A stretch of 64,000 bases of DNA from Minisyncoccota bacterium (GCA_041665265.1 JBAYJE010000003.1:1424-65423), one strand, 5' to 3'; positions 1-8,398 are shown, counted from the first letter of the stretch. Notes: generated by a model from the letters alone, not told the origin. A program made the numbers and translations.

Positions 1-2147
1 AGTCTTGTAAGGAAATAATCCAAATTGTGTCGTAATCCCATTCCAACATTCGGATCGCCCATTTCAAGCAATGAATACTCAGGTATTGTATCCAAGAGAT
101 AAGTAATTATTTCCTTTGCGATATCATTTGGCAGCTCTCGTGCGTTATTTACTAATATGCGCCACAGTCTTTCTCTTGGGTATTCGCCTTCCGTATAAGC
201 AAATTTTGGATCTTCAAATGCTAAAGCGACAGTCGATGTTTTGTTAATAATCTTTTCTCTCCAAGTCATGTAAAACCGATGCTGTCCGATATCCGCAGGC
301 TTCGATAGATTTACGATCAAGTCTAAATACGTTTCGAGATTTCTTCCGTTAGTCCAACCACCATTGAAACAAGCGAGTGATGTGCGCACATCCTCTGGTA
401 CGCTGTCTATACGAGCGTAGTTATTGCTTCGCGGAAAATCTTCTCCAATTGCCTTGAGCCTCACGTCAACATTAAATACTTGATCCAGAAGAAAACGTTG
501 ATGACTGTCTTTCGGAAAGAGATCAAGATATTCCTTGTAGTAGGTTGAGTTTTTGTAAGTAGAGTCGCTAAAGGACGAACGTTGTTGACTATTAGTATCT
601 TCAGGATAGCCATCCTCGTGCGGTAAGACGAGTGAAAAGAATCCACGTCCGCCTTTTGTTTCAGTATCATATATTTTACGAAAAACGCTGGGGTAATGAA
701 TGTAAATCAGTAATAGATTTATAAGATCTCTTTTGTCGAAATCGCTGTTTTGAAAGTTGGTGTTTTGAAGATCAAACATCAAAACTGTATTGATAAGACG
801 TTTTAGTTTTCTTACGTCTCCTATAAAGGGGAGGTAGCGGTGATACGTGGGTGATTTATAGATATCAAGCAGGCCACCAACGGCTTGGCGCATTGGCAGC
901 GGATCGACAAGGCTAGTAGTTAGAGTTTTTTCAAGATTGTCGGATACATATTTTGCTAGATCTGCTCTCTCCAGGTAGAGACTTATTTTTATATTCACAA
1001 ACTTTTCCAGGAATTCGCCAACCTTTTCTATATCAGGAGTTTCGGCTTCCAAGATGCCGATGTTCTCGGTATCGTAGCAAATGACATACGAGACATTAGG
1101 AAATGCAAAGCTCTTTCTAATAACAAACAATATATCTTTTATTTCAGCGAAGCTGATTCGATCGAGGTCATCGATGACAATTACTACCTTTTTGGGAAAA
1201 CGTTTTAGGACTGCGCCCAGGTCATCGCAAGCTTCATCGGCAGTATAATCAACCGCCAATGTCGGCAGAGTTAATCCAAATAAAGAAAACCTTCCTATCT
1301 CCTTAAGAAGTCGAGCATACTTAGAAATCAACGGCTTTATTTCTGGTATAAAGGAATCCTTCTGGATGGCGTGAATGAGACCATCAATAAAAATCTCAAG
1401 TAGGTTCGCAGTACCCAAATAACGCAAAGGGCTGAATTTATATATCACAACCTCTTCCTTGTACTTTTCATCCCAATATTCTTTACAGAAATTAATAAAA
1501 GTTGATTTACCAATACCCCAGGGCGCATCTACTCCAAACACAAAGCTTTCAGGCGATCCGCCATTATAGACCTGTTCAGCAAATCTCTCCGCCTTTTCTG
1601 AGAAATTAAGCAAGTCCGCTTCTTTCTTTTCCAGTTCCTTATCAACAACAAACGAAGAAGCTGTTTGCTTCTCTTTCAAAATCAGTACTAGTTGTCTGAG
1701 CATTACGAGGACTCCCAAAATGAACGGGCCGGAAACTATGGTGAGTGCTTGGGTAATGTTCAGAGACGAAACAATGCGTACATCCCAGGTTGAGAGAAAA
1801 CCTCCCCAAGCAATACTCAACCAAATTCCAAAGCCGAGAGCTGCAAGGACATCGATGCGACCGCTTCTAAGTATCTTCTTAAGATCAGAAAAAATACCCC
1901 TCGCCAGCAGATATACAATCAAGAGAATAATGCCGAGTATGGAAAATAGTAGAGCCTTACTTTCGTAATTGTTTAAAATAACCCATTGATTAATCTTGTC
2001 CGAGAGTAGGATTGATATATGCCATATCTCGGCGGTCAAAACACCAAGAAAAGCCGTTTTGGTCAGCATTACAAGATTCGCTGTGACAATCCGAAAGTCG
2101 GACAGAGATTCTTTCAGCTTGATGATGGGTTTTTTAATATTTGGCAT
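1..2147 (-). CDS. KAP-like P-loop NTPase with an N-terminal 3-TM module. The C-terminus runs off the window start, so the gene is partial.
   Basis: Reverse-strand translation starts at ATG 2145-2147 (MPNIKKPIIKLKESL...) and has no stop through position 1. There are three hydrophobic helices, then Walker A 'GVDAPWGIGKST' and Walker B 'VVIVIDDLDRISF', which are KAP-family signatures. It is missing from the ORF track because no stop codon lies inside the window. Confidence 0.55.
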   Translation of the reverse strand, partial: MPNIKKPIIKLKESLSDFRIVTANLVMLTKTAFLGVLTAEIWHISILLSDKINQWVILNNYESKALLFSILGIILLIVYLLARGIFSDLKKILRSGRIDVLAALGFGIWLSIAWGGFLSTWDVRIVSSLNITQALTIVSGPFILGVLVMLRQLVLILKEKQTASSFVVDKELEKKEADLLNFSEKAERFAEQVYNGGSPESFVFGVDAPWGIGKSTFINFCKEYWDEKYKEEVVIYKFSPLRYLGTANLLEIFIDGLIHAIQKDSFIPEIKPLISKYARLLKEIGRFSLFGLTLPTLAVDYTADEACDDLGAVLKRFPKKVVIVIDDLDRISFAEIKDILFVIRKSFAFPNVSYVICYDTENIGILEAETPDIEKVGEFLEKFVNIKISLYLERADLAKYVSDNLEKTLTTSLVDPLPMRQAVGGLLDIYKSPTYHRYLPFIGDVRKLKRLINTVLMFDLQNTNFQNSDFDKRDLINLLLIYIHYPSVFRKIYDTETKGGRGFFSLVLPHEDGYPEDTNSQQRSSFSDSTYKNSTYYKEYLDLFPKDSHQRFLLDQVFNVDVRLKAIGEDFPRSNNYARIDSVPEDVRTSLACFNGGWTNGRNLETYLDLIVNLSKPADIGQHRFYMTWREKIINKTSTVALAFEDPKFAYTEGEYPRERLWRILVNNARELPNDIAKEIITYLLDTIPEYSLLEMGDPNVGMGLRHNLDYFLTR

Positions 2148-2177
2148 AATGAATACGCTAATTATCCACCTTTTAGA

Positions 2178-2206
2178 TTGATATGTAAAGAATTGTAAAG
2201 TATAAT
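2178..2206 (+). promoter_or_regulatory. Sigma70-like promoter (TTGATA-17-TATAAT) for the HTH/R/M operon. It sits in the divergent region shared with the KAP-like gene.
   Basis: TTGATA at 2178-2183, a 17-nt spacer, and TATAAT at 2201-2206. This is 7 nt upstream of the ATG at 2213. Confidence 0.5.
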
Positions 2207-2212
2207 GAGTGT

Positions 2213-2398
2213 GTGGATATGAATAAAAATAATGAGTTTTACAGAGCAGAAGATCTGGCCCAGAAATTAAAGGTCAATATTATGACCATTTACAGATATA
2301 TTAAAAGTCGCAAATTAAAGGCTTACAAAATAGGAAAAGAGTTTAGAATTGATAAGAAAGAATTTGAGTCTTTTTTAGATAAAGCAAAAACTAATTAA
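2213..2398 (+). CDS. Small HTH DNA-binding protein of the excisionase/MerR-like family. It may be the controller (C-protein-like) of the R-M pair.
   Basis: 61 aa. 'AEDLAQKLKVNIMTIYRYIKSRKL' is a helix-turn-helix. It is immediately upstream of, and co-oriented with, the R and M genes. Confidence 0.5.
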   Translation: MDMNKNNEFYRAEDLAQKLKVNIMTIYRYIKSRKLKAYKIGKEFRIDKKEFESFLDKAKTN

Positions 2399-2400
2399 AT

Positions 2401-3105
2401 ATGACCAACAAAGAAGACGAAATTATTGACCCAGTGGAAGCCGTGGATGAGGTTGAACTCAACGCTGCCACAGCGACAGCTTCCCCGGAGGAAAAAATAA
2501 GAATTCTCGCCGATAAGTATGCTGTCGCACTTAAGGGCAAAATAGATGAACGAGTAAGTGTAATGAAAAGCGATGACAATTCTCACTACCTCATTTATAG
2601 AGTTTTAGGTATCTCAGAAAAAGAGGGTGAGCTGATAGACGTCTATCAAAATAAGGGTCGTTTCTTGTATAAATACGCTGGCTCTTTCCTTGAAGCAGCT
2701 GCGATCCTTTGCTTCAAGGAAAAGTTTCCAGAAGCGCAAGCAAAACTTCGAATTCCAAATACTATAGGACAACGCCCCGCAACCTTCGAGATTGATTGTT
2801 TGATAGAAAATGATGCGTATGAGATCAAATGGAGAGACGCAACTACCGATGGGGATCATATCACCAAAGAGCATACGCGTTTGAAAAATATTAATAACGC
2901 TCACTATCGGCCTATAAGAGTGATGTTTTATTATCCAAACAGAGAACAAGCAATTAGGATACAACAAACCTTAAAGACACTTTATCTTGGTTTTAAGGGT
3001 GAATACTATTTTGGTGATGAAGCGTGGGAGCATATACATACAAAAACAGGAATTGATCTAAAGGGTATCTTAATCAAGATAGCTGAAGAACGAAACGGAA
3101 AATAA
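2401..3105 (+). CDS. Putative Type II restriction endonuclease of the PD-(D/E)xK type
   Basis: 234 aa. 'FEIDCLIENDAYEIKW' fits a D...(D/E)xK nuclease motif. There is a 3-nt gap to the HTH gene and a 2-nt gap to the downstream MTase. It has an acidic N-terminal tail. Confidence 0.45.
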   Translation: MTNKEDEIIDPVEAVDEVELNAATATASPEEKIRILADKYAVALKGKIDERVSVMKSDDNSHYLIYRVLGISEKEGELIDVYQNKGRFLYKYAGSFLEAAAILCFKEKFPEAQAKLRIPNTIGQRPATFEIDCLIENDAYEIKWRDATTDGDHITKEHTRLKNINNAHYRPIRVMFYYPNREQAIRIQQTLKTLYLGFKGEYYFGDEAWEHIHTKTGIDLKGILIKIAEERNGK

Positions 3106-3107
3106 TT

Positions 3108-4289
3108 ATGCAATTAGAGAATCAAATCATAAAAGGAGATTGTCTCGATGTCCTCAAAAGGGTTGAAGATCAATCCGTAGATTTGATTTACCTTGATCCT
3201 CCTTTCTTTACACAAAGGCGGCACTCACAGAAGACCAGAGATAACGCGAAAGAATATGCATTTGAAGATGTATGGGATGACATACATCAATACACCTCTT
3301 ATCTGGAATCAAGGATGAGAGAGAGCCGGAGAGTTTTAAAAGACAGCGGAAGTCTTTTTCTTCATTGTGATAAGAAAGCAGTGCATCACCTTCGGGTAAT
3401 GCTTGATAAAGTGTTTGGAGAAGAAAATTTTAGAAGTGAAATTATTTGGACTTATAGACGATGGTCTAACTCAAAGGAAGGGCTTTTGAACGCTCACCAA
3501 AATATTTTATTTTATTCAAAAACTGCCAAGTTCAAATTTAATAAGATACTAACTGATTATTCACCTACAACGAATTTAGACCAGATACTGCAGGCCCGTG
3601 AACGTAATGGACATAACAAGTCTGTGTACAAAAGGGATGTGAATGGAGAAGTTGTATTAGGCAAAGAAAAACTAGGGGTACCTCTTTCTGATGTATGGGA
3701 TATACCATTTTTAAATCCTAAAGCCGAAGAAAGAGTTGGATATCCCACTCAGAAACCAGTGATTTTGTTAGAGAAAATAATCTCCCTGGCTTCACATGAG
3801 GGAGATGTGATCCTCGATCCGTTTTGTGGTAGTGGCACTACGCTTGTTGCAGCCCTACTATTAGGCAGAAAGTATATCGGGATCGACACCTCGAAAGAGG
3901 CGGTTGAACTAACGAAAAAACGATTACTAAACCCTATCAAAACAGAATCTCACTTACTTAGAAGAGGTAAAGACGCCTATATAAATAAAGATGAGTCGAT
4001 ACGAACAATATTATTCCAAATGGATGCAAACGTTGTACAGAGAAACAAAGGAATAGATGGATTCCTCAAACAACATTATAAAGGCAGGCCAGTTGCAGTG
4101 TATATTCAAAGACCCGAACAATCCTTCTCAGATGCCTTATCTCTTTTAAAGAAAGCGAGTGATAAAAAGGGGGTTATCAGAAAAGTCTTAGTTAGAACCA
4201 ATGTGCCATCAGGTATCGCTGTTAAAATTGATAGCGAACTTCAAAATGAAGACATAGTAATAATCGATCACCCTCAGCATGTGATGTGA
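3108..4289 (+). CDS. DNA methyltransferase, beta-class amino-MTase (probably N6-adenine), with a C-terminal extension of about 130 aa
   Basis: Motif IV 'LDPPFF' comes before motif I 'DPFCGSGTT' (beta permutation). 'IKGDCLDVLKRVEDQSVDLIYLDPPF' is typical of this class. There are about 130 extra residues after the catalytic core. Confidence 0.8.
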   Translation: MQLENQIIKGDCLDVLKRVEDQSVDLIYLDPPFFTQRRHSQKTRDNAKEYAFEDVWDDIHQYTSYLESRMRESRRVLKDSGSLFLHCDKKAVHHLRVMLDKVFGEENFRSEIIWTYRRWSNSKEGLLNAHQNILFYSKTAKFKFNKILTDYSPTTNLDQILQARERNGHNKSVYKRDVNGEVVLGKEKLGVPLSDVWDIPFLNPKAEERVGYPTQKPVILLEKIISLASHEGDVILDPFCGSGTTLVAALLLGRKYIGIDTSKEAVELTKKRLLNPIKTESHLLRRGKDAYINKDESIRTILFQMDANVVQRNKGIDGFLKQHYKGRPVAVYIQRPEQSFSDALSLLKKASDKKGVIRKVLVRTNVPSGIAVKIDSELQNEDIVIIDHPQHVM

Positions 4290-4298
4290 ATAACTTCA

Positions 4299-4335
4299 TT
4301 TGACGACTTATTACCAAACCCGCTAAAATATAAAT
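4299..4335 (+). promoter_or_regulatory. Promoter-like element (TTGACG ... TAAAAT/TATAAAT) at the start of a 320-bp noncoding stretch
   Basis: TTGACG at 4299-4304. The -10-like sequences TAAAAT at 4324-4329 and TATAAAT at 4329-4335 have non-ideal spacing of 19-24 nt. Confidence 0.25.
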
Positions 4336-4362
4336 ATCAGAGTTAGTTAGTCTGACGGCGAC

Positions 4363-4471
4363 TGAATCTCTTCAGTCTAAACGTGACGGGGCTACGACTT
4401 CTGTTATCAAACCTTTTCGCATGTGCGGATCGGAGCTTGATGACAAGAGTCGTGGCCCCTTTTTCGTTTTC
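4363..4471 (+). ncRNA. Candidate structured small RNA or terminator module. It has hairpin 4363-4380 plus a long 12-bp-closed stem-loop at 4388-4459 followed by a U-tract.
   Basis: GACTGAA-tctc-TTCAGTC is a perfect 7-bp hairpin. GGGGCTACGACT at 4388-4399 pairs with AGTCGTGGCCCC at 4448-4459 (11/12, one G-U), and the enclosed 48 nt contains the CGCAtgTGCG hairpin. Then comes TTTTTCGTTTTC at 4460-4471. Confidence 0.35.
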
Positions 4472-4545
4472 TAACTAACTCCCGATAAATTCCCTCTGAG
4501 GCTAAGGTGCCCTGAAGATGTAACGACGAATTAGAAGAACCAGAC

Positions 4546-4585
4546 AAGGCTAGTCCCCGACGGGGCCTGGCTTTTATTTTATTAA
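4546..4585 (+). terminator. Rho-independent terminator-like hairpin (CCCCGACGGGG core) plus a T-run
   Basis: GTCCCCGACGGGGCC with an extended imperfect stem, followed by TTTTATTTTATT. Confidence 0.4.
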
Positions 4586-4612
4586 CCAATTAATCAATAA
4601 CAAAAAAACAAT

Positions 4613-4813
4613 ATGTTACCCAACGAAGCAGTGCAGGAGTTTAAAGAGCTTTACGAAAAACGCTATGGAGTGAAGTTGTCCGATGTCGAAGCAACGCTCA
4701 GAGCCAATAACCTTTTTAAGCTCTATAAGATCACCTATATGGGTGAGCCATCAGTAGATGATTTCAAAGAAAAATTGAATACAAGTCATGATCTCAAGCC
4801 AGACAACAATTAG
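4613..4813 (+). CDS. Hypothetical small protein (66 aa)
   Basis: It is an ORF with an ATG immediately after the A-rich tract. There are no recognisable motifs. It overlaps the next gene by 26 nt. Confidence 0.3.
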   Translation: MLPNEAVQEFKELYEKRYGVKLSDVEATLRANNLFKLYKITYMGEPSVDDFKEKLNTSHDLKPDNN

Positions 4814-5096
4814 CGAAATTCAGTTCTACCCGGTTAAACCCCAAGATGGCCTACTTGGGTTTGTTTCGTTTGTCCTGGACGGCAAATTCTGGATGGGATC
4901 GGTAGCGGTGTTCACCCGCAAAGACGGCGGGTATCGGCTCGTATACCCCACGCGCAAAGTGGCCGGGCAGAATGTGAACATTTTCCATCCGATTAATCAG
5001 GCCGTTGGCCAACAGGTCGAAGCAGTTATCAGTGAAAAAGTAGCAGAAATATTTAGTGAACAATATGGAACAACCGAACCAGAAAACTCGTGGTAA
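4788..5096 (+). CDS. spoVG: SpoVG-family nucleic-acid-binding protein
   Basis: 'FVLDGKFWMGSVAVFTRKDGGYRLVYPTRKVAGQNVNIFHPINQAVGQQVEAV' aligns with the SpoVG core, including the HPIN motif. This is the start of the ~50%-GC segment. Confidence 0.6.
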   Translation: MISSQTTISEIQFYPVKPQDGLLGFVSFVLDGKFWMGSVAVFTRKDGGYRLVYPTRKVAGQNVNIFHPINQAVGQQVEAVISEKVAEIFSEQYGTTEPENSW

Positions 5097-5472
5097 GAAC
5101 TTAAACTTCTTTCCGGCCCCGCATACGCCGTTCGACAACGACCGGCTGCGCGCCTTGCTCAGTCACGCCGAGCGGGATTTTTTAATGGTGCTTTGTCATC
5201 TCTCCAATCGCTTTGCTGATAAGGACGGCTGGTTTTGGCATACCGATGCTCCGTTCACCGGACAGAGTGGAAGGATTCGGGGACTTACGTCATATGGCTT
5301 TGGTACGACCACCTGCAAACGCGTCAGAAAGAAACTACTTTCGCTTGGCCTGATCGAAACAAAAGGAAACCCACACAAGCGCGGCCGAACCGGTGGCACC
5401 GTTTATCGGATCAACAAAGAAATGTTGGGAATGGCTATAGACCATAGTGGGCCTAAGAACAGACCACCATGA
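5056..5472 (+). CDS. Winged-helix DNA-binding protein, replication-initiator or phage-regulator-like
   Basis: 138 aa, basic. 'KRVRKKLLSLGLIETKGNPHKRGRTGGTVYRINKEML' looks like a wHTH wing. It lies inside the GC-rich segment next to the recombinase. Confidence 0.35.
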   Translation: MNNMEQPNQKTRGKNLNFFPAPHTPFDNDRLRALLSHAERDFLMVLCHLSNRFADKDGWFWHTDAPFTGQSGRIRGLTSYGFGTTTCKRVRKKLLSLGLIETKGNPHKRGRTGGTVYRINKEMLGMAIDHSGPKNRPP

Positions 5473-5697
5473 TACTTACCTTCAGACCACTAAGGTCTCC
5501 CTAGTAAGAAAGAGGAATTAAGAATTAAAAGTAAGATTAGTTGTAAATAACAACAGCAAAAGCTGTCCAATGTTGAAAGGTTCGGGGGTTGGGCAACTCT
5601 TGGGCAAAACTTGGGTGGATTTTGAGGATGTTTGACTTCATCCAAGCATTAGCAGATGTTGTACCTAGACCAATAAAAATTAACGAAAAATAACCAT

Positions 5698-6429
5698 ATG
5701 ACAAAAAATATAAGAATTACAGCAGTAATCGCCATTGTAGCGATCATTGGGGTGACTTACGGGATTTACACCCTTTCAGGACACAAAGCCCCGCGTGAGG
5801 GCAATGTTGCGCCCGTAGAAGGAACGGTAAGCCAGGCCGAACTAGACCGGGCAACCGCTTCCCTCAAAAGCGCAATTAACGTAGCTGATCAACTTTCCGG
5901 CACCACCGGCACAAGCTTCACCTTTCAGGCACAGCCGACCTATGGCCACTACGGGAACTTCGGTCTCGTAAAGTATGTGAACCAAGTTAAGGGCGTGGGG
6001 CTGGTTGATGAGACAGCCGTCACATTTCACGGCGAGACTGACAATGACAATGCCGAGGTCGATTCGAAAACCGGCCAAGTCATCTCTTTTCACCGATCCA
6101 TTGACCACACCAACCCCGGAAAAGAAAAAACTCAAGCGGAAATAGAAACCACTATGCGGATATTCCTCAATGAGGTGTACCCGGACTTTAAGCAGGTCGA
6201 GCCGACACTGACATTCAGTCCCGGTATAAAAGGCGTTCGCCTTAACAATGGCAATTACTTCTTTGACTGGGAGGATAACGACTACCAGAAGCAGCTGCCC
6301 GAAGGGGTTGAGACAGAACGTGCTCCGTTCATCCAGGTCGGTATTACTTCAAGCGGATATATCTTCAGCTACAACAACACGATTGATATTTACCGCAATG
6401 CGCTAAAAGAATTTAATCTCACCCAATAA
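5698..6429 (+). CDS. Hypothetical membrane-anchored (N-terminal TM) extracytoplasmic protein, element cargo
   Basis: N-terminal 'ITAVIAIVAIIGVTYGIYTL' is a TM helix and the remainder is hydrophilic. It ends 2 nt before the recombinase gene. Confidence 0.5.
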   Translation: MTKNIRITAVIAIVAIIGVTYGIYTLSGHKAPREGNVAPVEGTVSQAELDRATASLKSAINVADQLSGTTGTSFTFQAQPTYGHYGNFGLVKYVNQVKGVGLVDETAVTFHGETDNDNAEVDSKTGQVISFHRSIDHTNPGKEKTQAEIETTMRIFLNEVYPDFKQVEPTLTFSPGIKGVRLNNGNYFFDWEDNDYQKQLPEGVETERAPFIQVGITSSGYIFSYNNTIDIYRNALKEFNLTQ

Positions 6430-6431
6430 CT

Positions 6432-8045
6432 ATGCACCAGGAAGTATCACAAAAACTTAAATACTTCCTCTACGCAAGAAAGTCCTCTGAACAGGAGGAC
6501 AGACAAGTCGCTTCGATTGATTCGCAAATAGATTTTTTGAAAGATTTAGCAAAGCGTGAACACCTCGAGATCGTAGAGGTACTAACTGAATCCAAAAGTG
6601 CCAAAGCCCCGGGTAGGCCAATCTTTAACCAGATGACCGATCGGATTGAAAAGGGCGAAGCGCACGGCGTTATCTGCTGGAAGATAGACCGCCTAGCCCG
6701 CAATCCGGTGGACGGCGGTAAAGTGCAGTGGCTTTTACAAAGCAGCATTATCAAGCACATCAAGACCTTTGAGAGAAGCTATTACCCGTCTGATAATGTG
6801 CTCCTCATTAGCGTGGAGCTGGGCATGGCCAACCAATACATCCGTGACTTGGCCATCAATTCCCAGCGTGGAGTCAAAACCAAAGCAGCAACCGGCTGGT
6901 TCCCGGCCCCAGCTCCGATCGGATATTTGAACATAGCCGACAACGAATCAGGCATGAAAATTATCGGGAATGATCCGAAGCGTTTTGATCTGGTAAAAAA
7001 GATGTTTGAGCTGATGCTCACCGGTAATTATTCAGTACCGCGCATTCTTAAAATTGCTAACGGCGACTGGAGTTTCAGGATGCCGAGCGGACAGCCGATT
7101 GCCCGGAGCACGCTGTATAAACTTCTGACTGAGCCGTTTTATTACGGCCGGTATCAGTGGCCCAAAAAAGGCGGCATCTGGTACCAGGGCAAGCACGAAC
7201 CGATGATCACCGAAGAACAGTTTGACCGCATTCAGGAACTGCTGGGCCGAAAAGGAAAACCGCGCCCCAAAGTCCACGAATTTGCCTATACCGGCATGAT
7301 CCGCTGCGGTGAATGTGGTTGCCTCATCACGGCCGAAGAAAAGACTAAGCGTAATCAGAATGGCAACGTACATCACTACACTTACTATCACTGCACCAAA
7401 CGAAAAGGCCCCTGCACCCAAAGATGCGTCGAAGTAAAAGCCCTCGAGGTAGAAATCCAGAAAGCCCTTGCCACGATCGAGATACCGGAAGAATTTCACG
7501 ACTGGGCCATGAACTGGCTCCGGGTTGAGAACGCAAAAGAATCAGTTGACCGGAATACTATCCTGGCCACCCAGCAGAGAACGTATGAAGCATGTCTGAG
7601 AAAAATTGACCGGCTCATCGACATGAGAGCAGCCGGAGAAATAAGCGAAGAAGAATTTATAACAAAGAAAAATGAAAGTTTGAAAGAGAAAGCAAAACTT
7701 CAGGCACTGCTCAAAGCGACAGATGAACGAGCAGACAGCTGGCTTCAGACAGCAGAGCAAATACTTATATTCGCACAGGATGCACGGGAAAAGTTCGCCG
7801 GAGGCACACTTTCGGCAAAGCGCACGGTACTTTCAGCCCTTGGTTCGAACCTCCTGCTAAAAGACAAAAAACTCAATGGTGAACTGGATAAAGCCTTGTT
7901 ACCGCTGCAAAGGATCGCAGAAGCCGTCCGCGAGCATGCAAGACGGTTCGAACCTCTAACAAATCCAAGAAACAAACTGACATTCGAGGAACTTTGCATG
8001 CAAAGTCCAAACTGGCTGCGGGACCTGGATTCGAACCAAGATTGA
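6432..8045 (+). CDS. Large serine recombinase (integrase)
   Basis: N-terminal resolvase catalytic domain 'YARKSSEQEDRQVASIDSQ' (Ser nucleophile) and 'KIDRLARN', then a recombinase domain and a Cys-rich zinc ribbon 'CGECGCLITAEE...YYHCTKRKGPC'. It is 537 aa, and the last 33 nt overlap the tRNA-Gln 3' end. Confidence 0.9.
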   Translation: MHQEVSQKLKYFLYARKSSEQEDRQVASIDSQIDFLKDLAKREHLEIVEVLTESKSAKAPGRPIFNQMTDRIEKGEAHGVICWKIDRLARNPVDGGKVQWLLQSSIIKHIKTFERSYYPSDNVLLISVELGMANQYIRDLAINSQRGVKTKAATGWFPAPAPIGYLNIADNESGMKIIGNDPKRFDLVKKMFELMLTGNYSVPRILKIANGDWSFRMPSGQPIARSTLYKLLTEPFYYGRYQWPKKGGIWYQGKHEPMITEEQFDRIQELLGRKGKPRPKVHEFAYTGMIRCGECGCLITAEEKTKRNQNGNVHHYTYYHCTKRKGPCTQRCVEVKALEVEIQKALATIEIPEEFHDWAMNWLRVENAKESVDRNTILATQQRTYEACLRKIDRLIDMRAAGEISEEEFITKKNESLKEKAKLQALLKATDERADSWLQTAEQILIFAQDAREKFAGGTLSAKRTVLSALGSNLLLKDKKLNGELDKALLPLQRIAEAVREHARRFEPLTNPRNKLTFEELCMQSPNWLRDLDSNQD

Positions 8046-8086
8046 CGGATTCAGAGTCCGCTGTCCTACCATTAGACGATCCCGCA
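8013..8086 (-). tRNA. tRNA-Gln (anticodon CUG)
   Basis: The reverse complement reads TGCGGGA-TC-GTCT-AATGGTA-GGAC-A-GCGGA-CTCTGAA-TCCGT-CAAT-CTTGG-TTCGAAT-CCAGG-TCCCGCA-G-CCA. It is a clean cloverleaf with an encoded CCA. Confidence 0.85.
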
Positions 8087-8134
8087 ATATTCAATTATCA
8101 ACCCGCCAACCGTACTATTAGACGATCCCGTAAT
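8067..8134. repeat. 22-bp direct repeat that duplicates the 5' part of tRNA-Gln (copies at 8067-8088 and 8113-8134)
   Basis: taccattagacgatcccgcaat versus tactattagacgatcccgtaat (20/22). The second copy lies just outside the tRNA. Confidence 0.6.
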
Positions 8135-8398
8135 GTCGAGGTGATTATATCCCACCACCCTCGATTTTTCAATTGAATCTGGAGCTACATAATGCAATAG
8201 AACTAAAAAAGCGTCAATTTAACACTTTATAGGTTATGTATGATAAAAGGGATGGAACATCCAAAACATTCGCATATTGTGTATTGGATTATTGGCGTCC
8301 TTATCGCAATTCTTGGATTTCTTTTATATCCTGAAATTGCGATTCCTCGTAACGAGGTATTGCCCACAGTACTACAAAATAATTAGCAACGGATTTTC

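Noticed and set aside
4407-4589. Minus-strand 60-aa ORF inside the structured noncoding stretch
   Set aside because: It is Arg/Ser/Gly-rich and overlaps two hairpin/terminator structures, so it is more plausibly noncoding.
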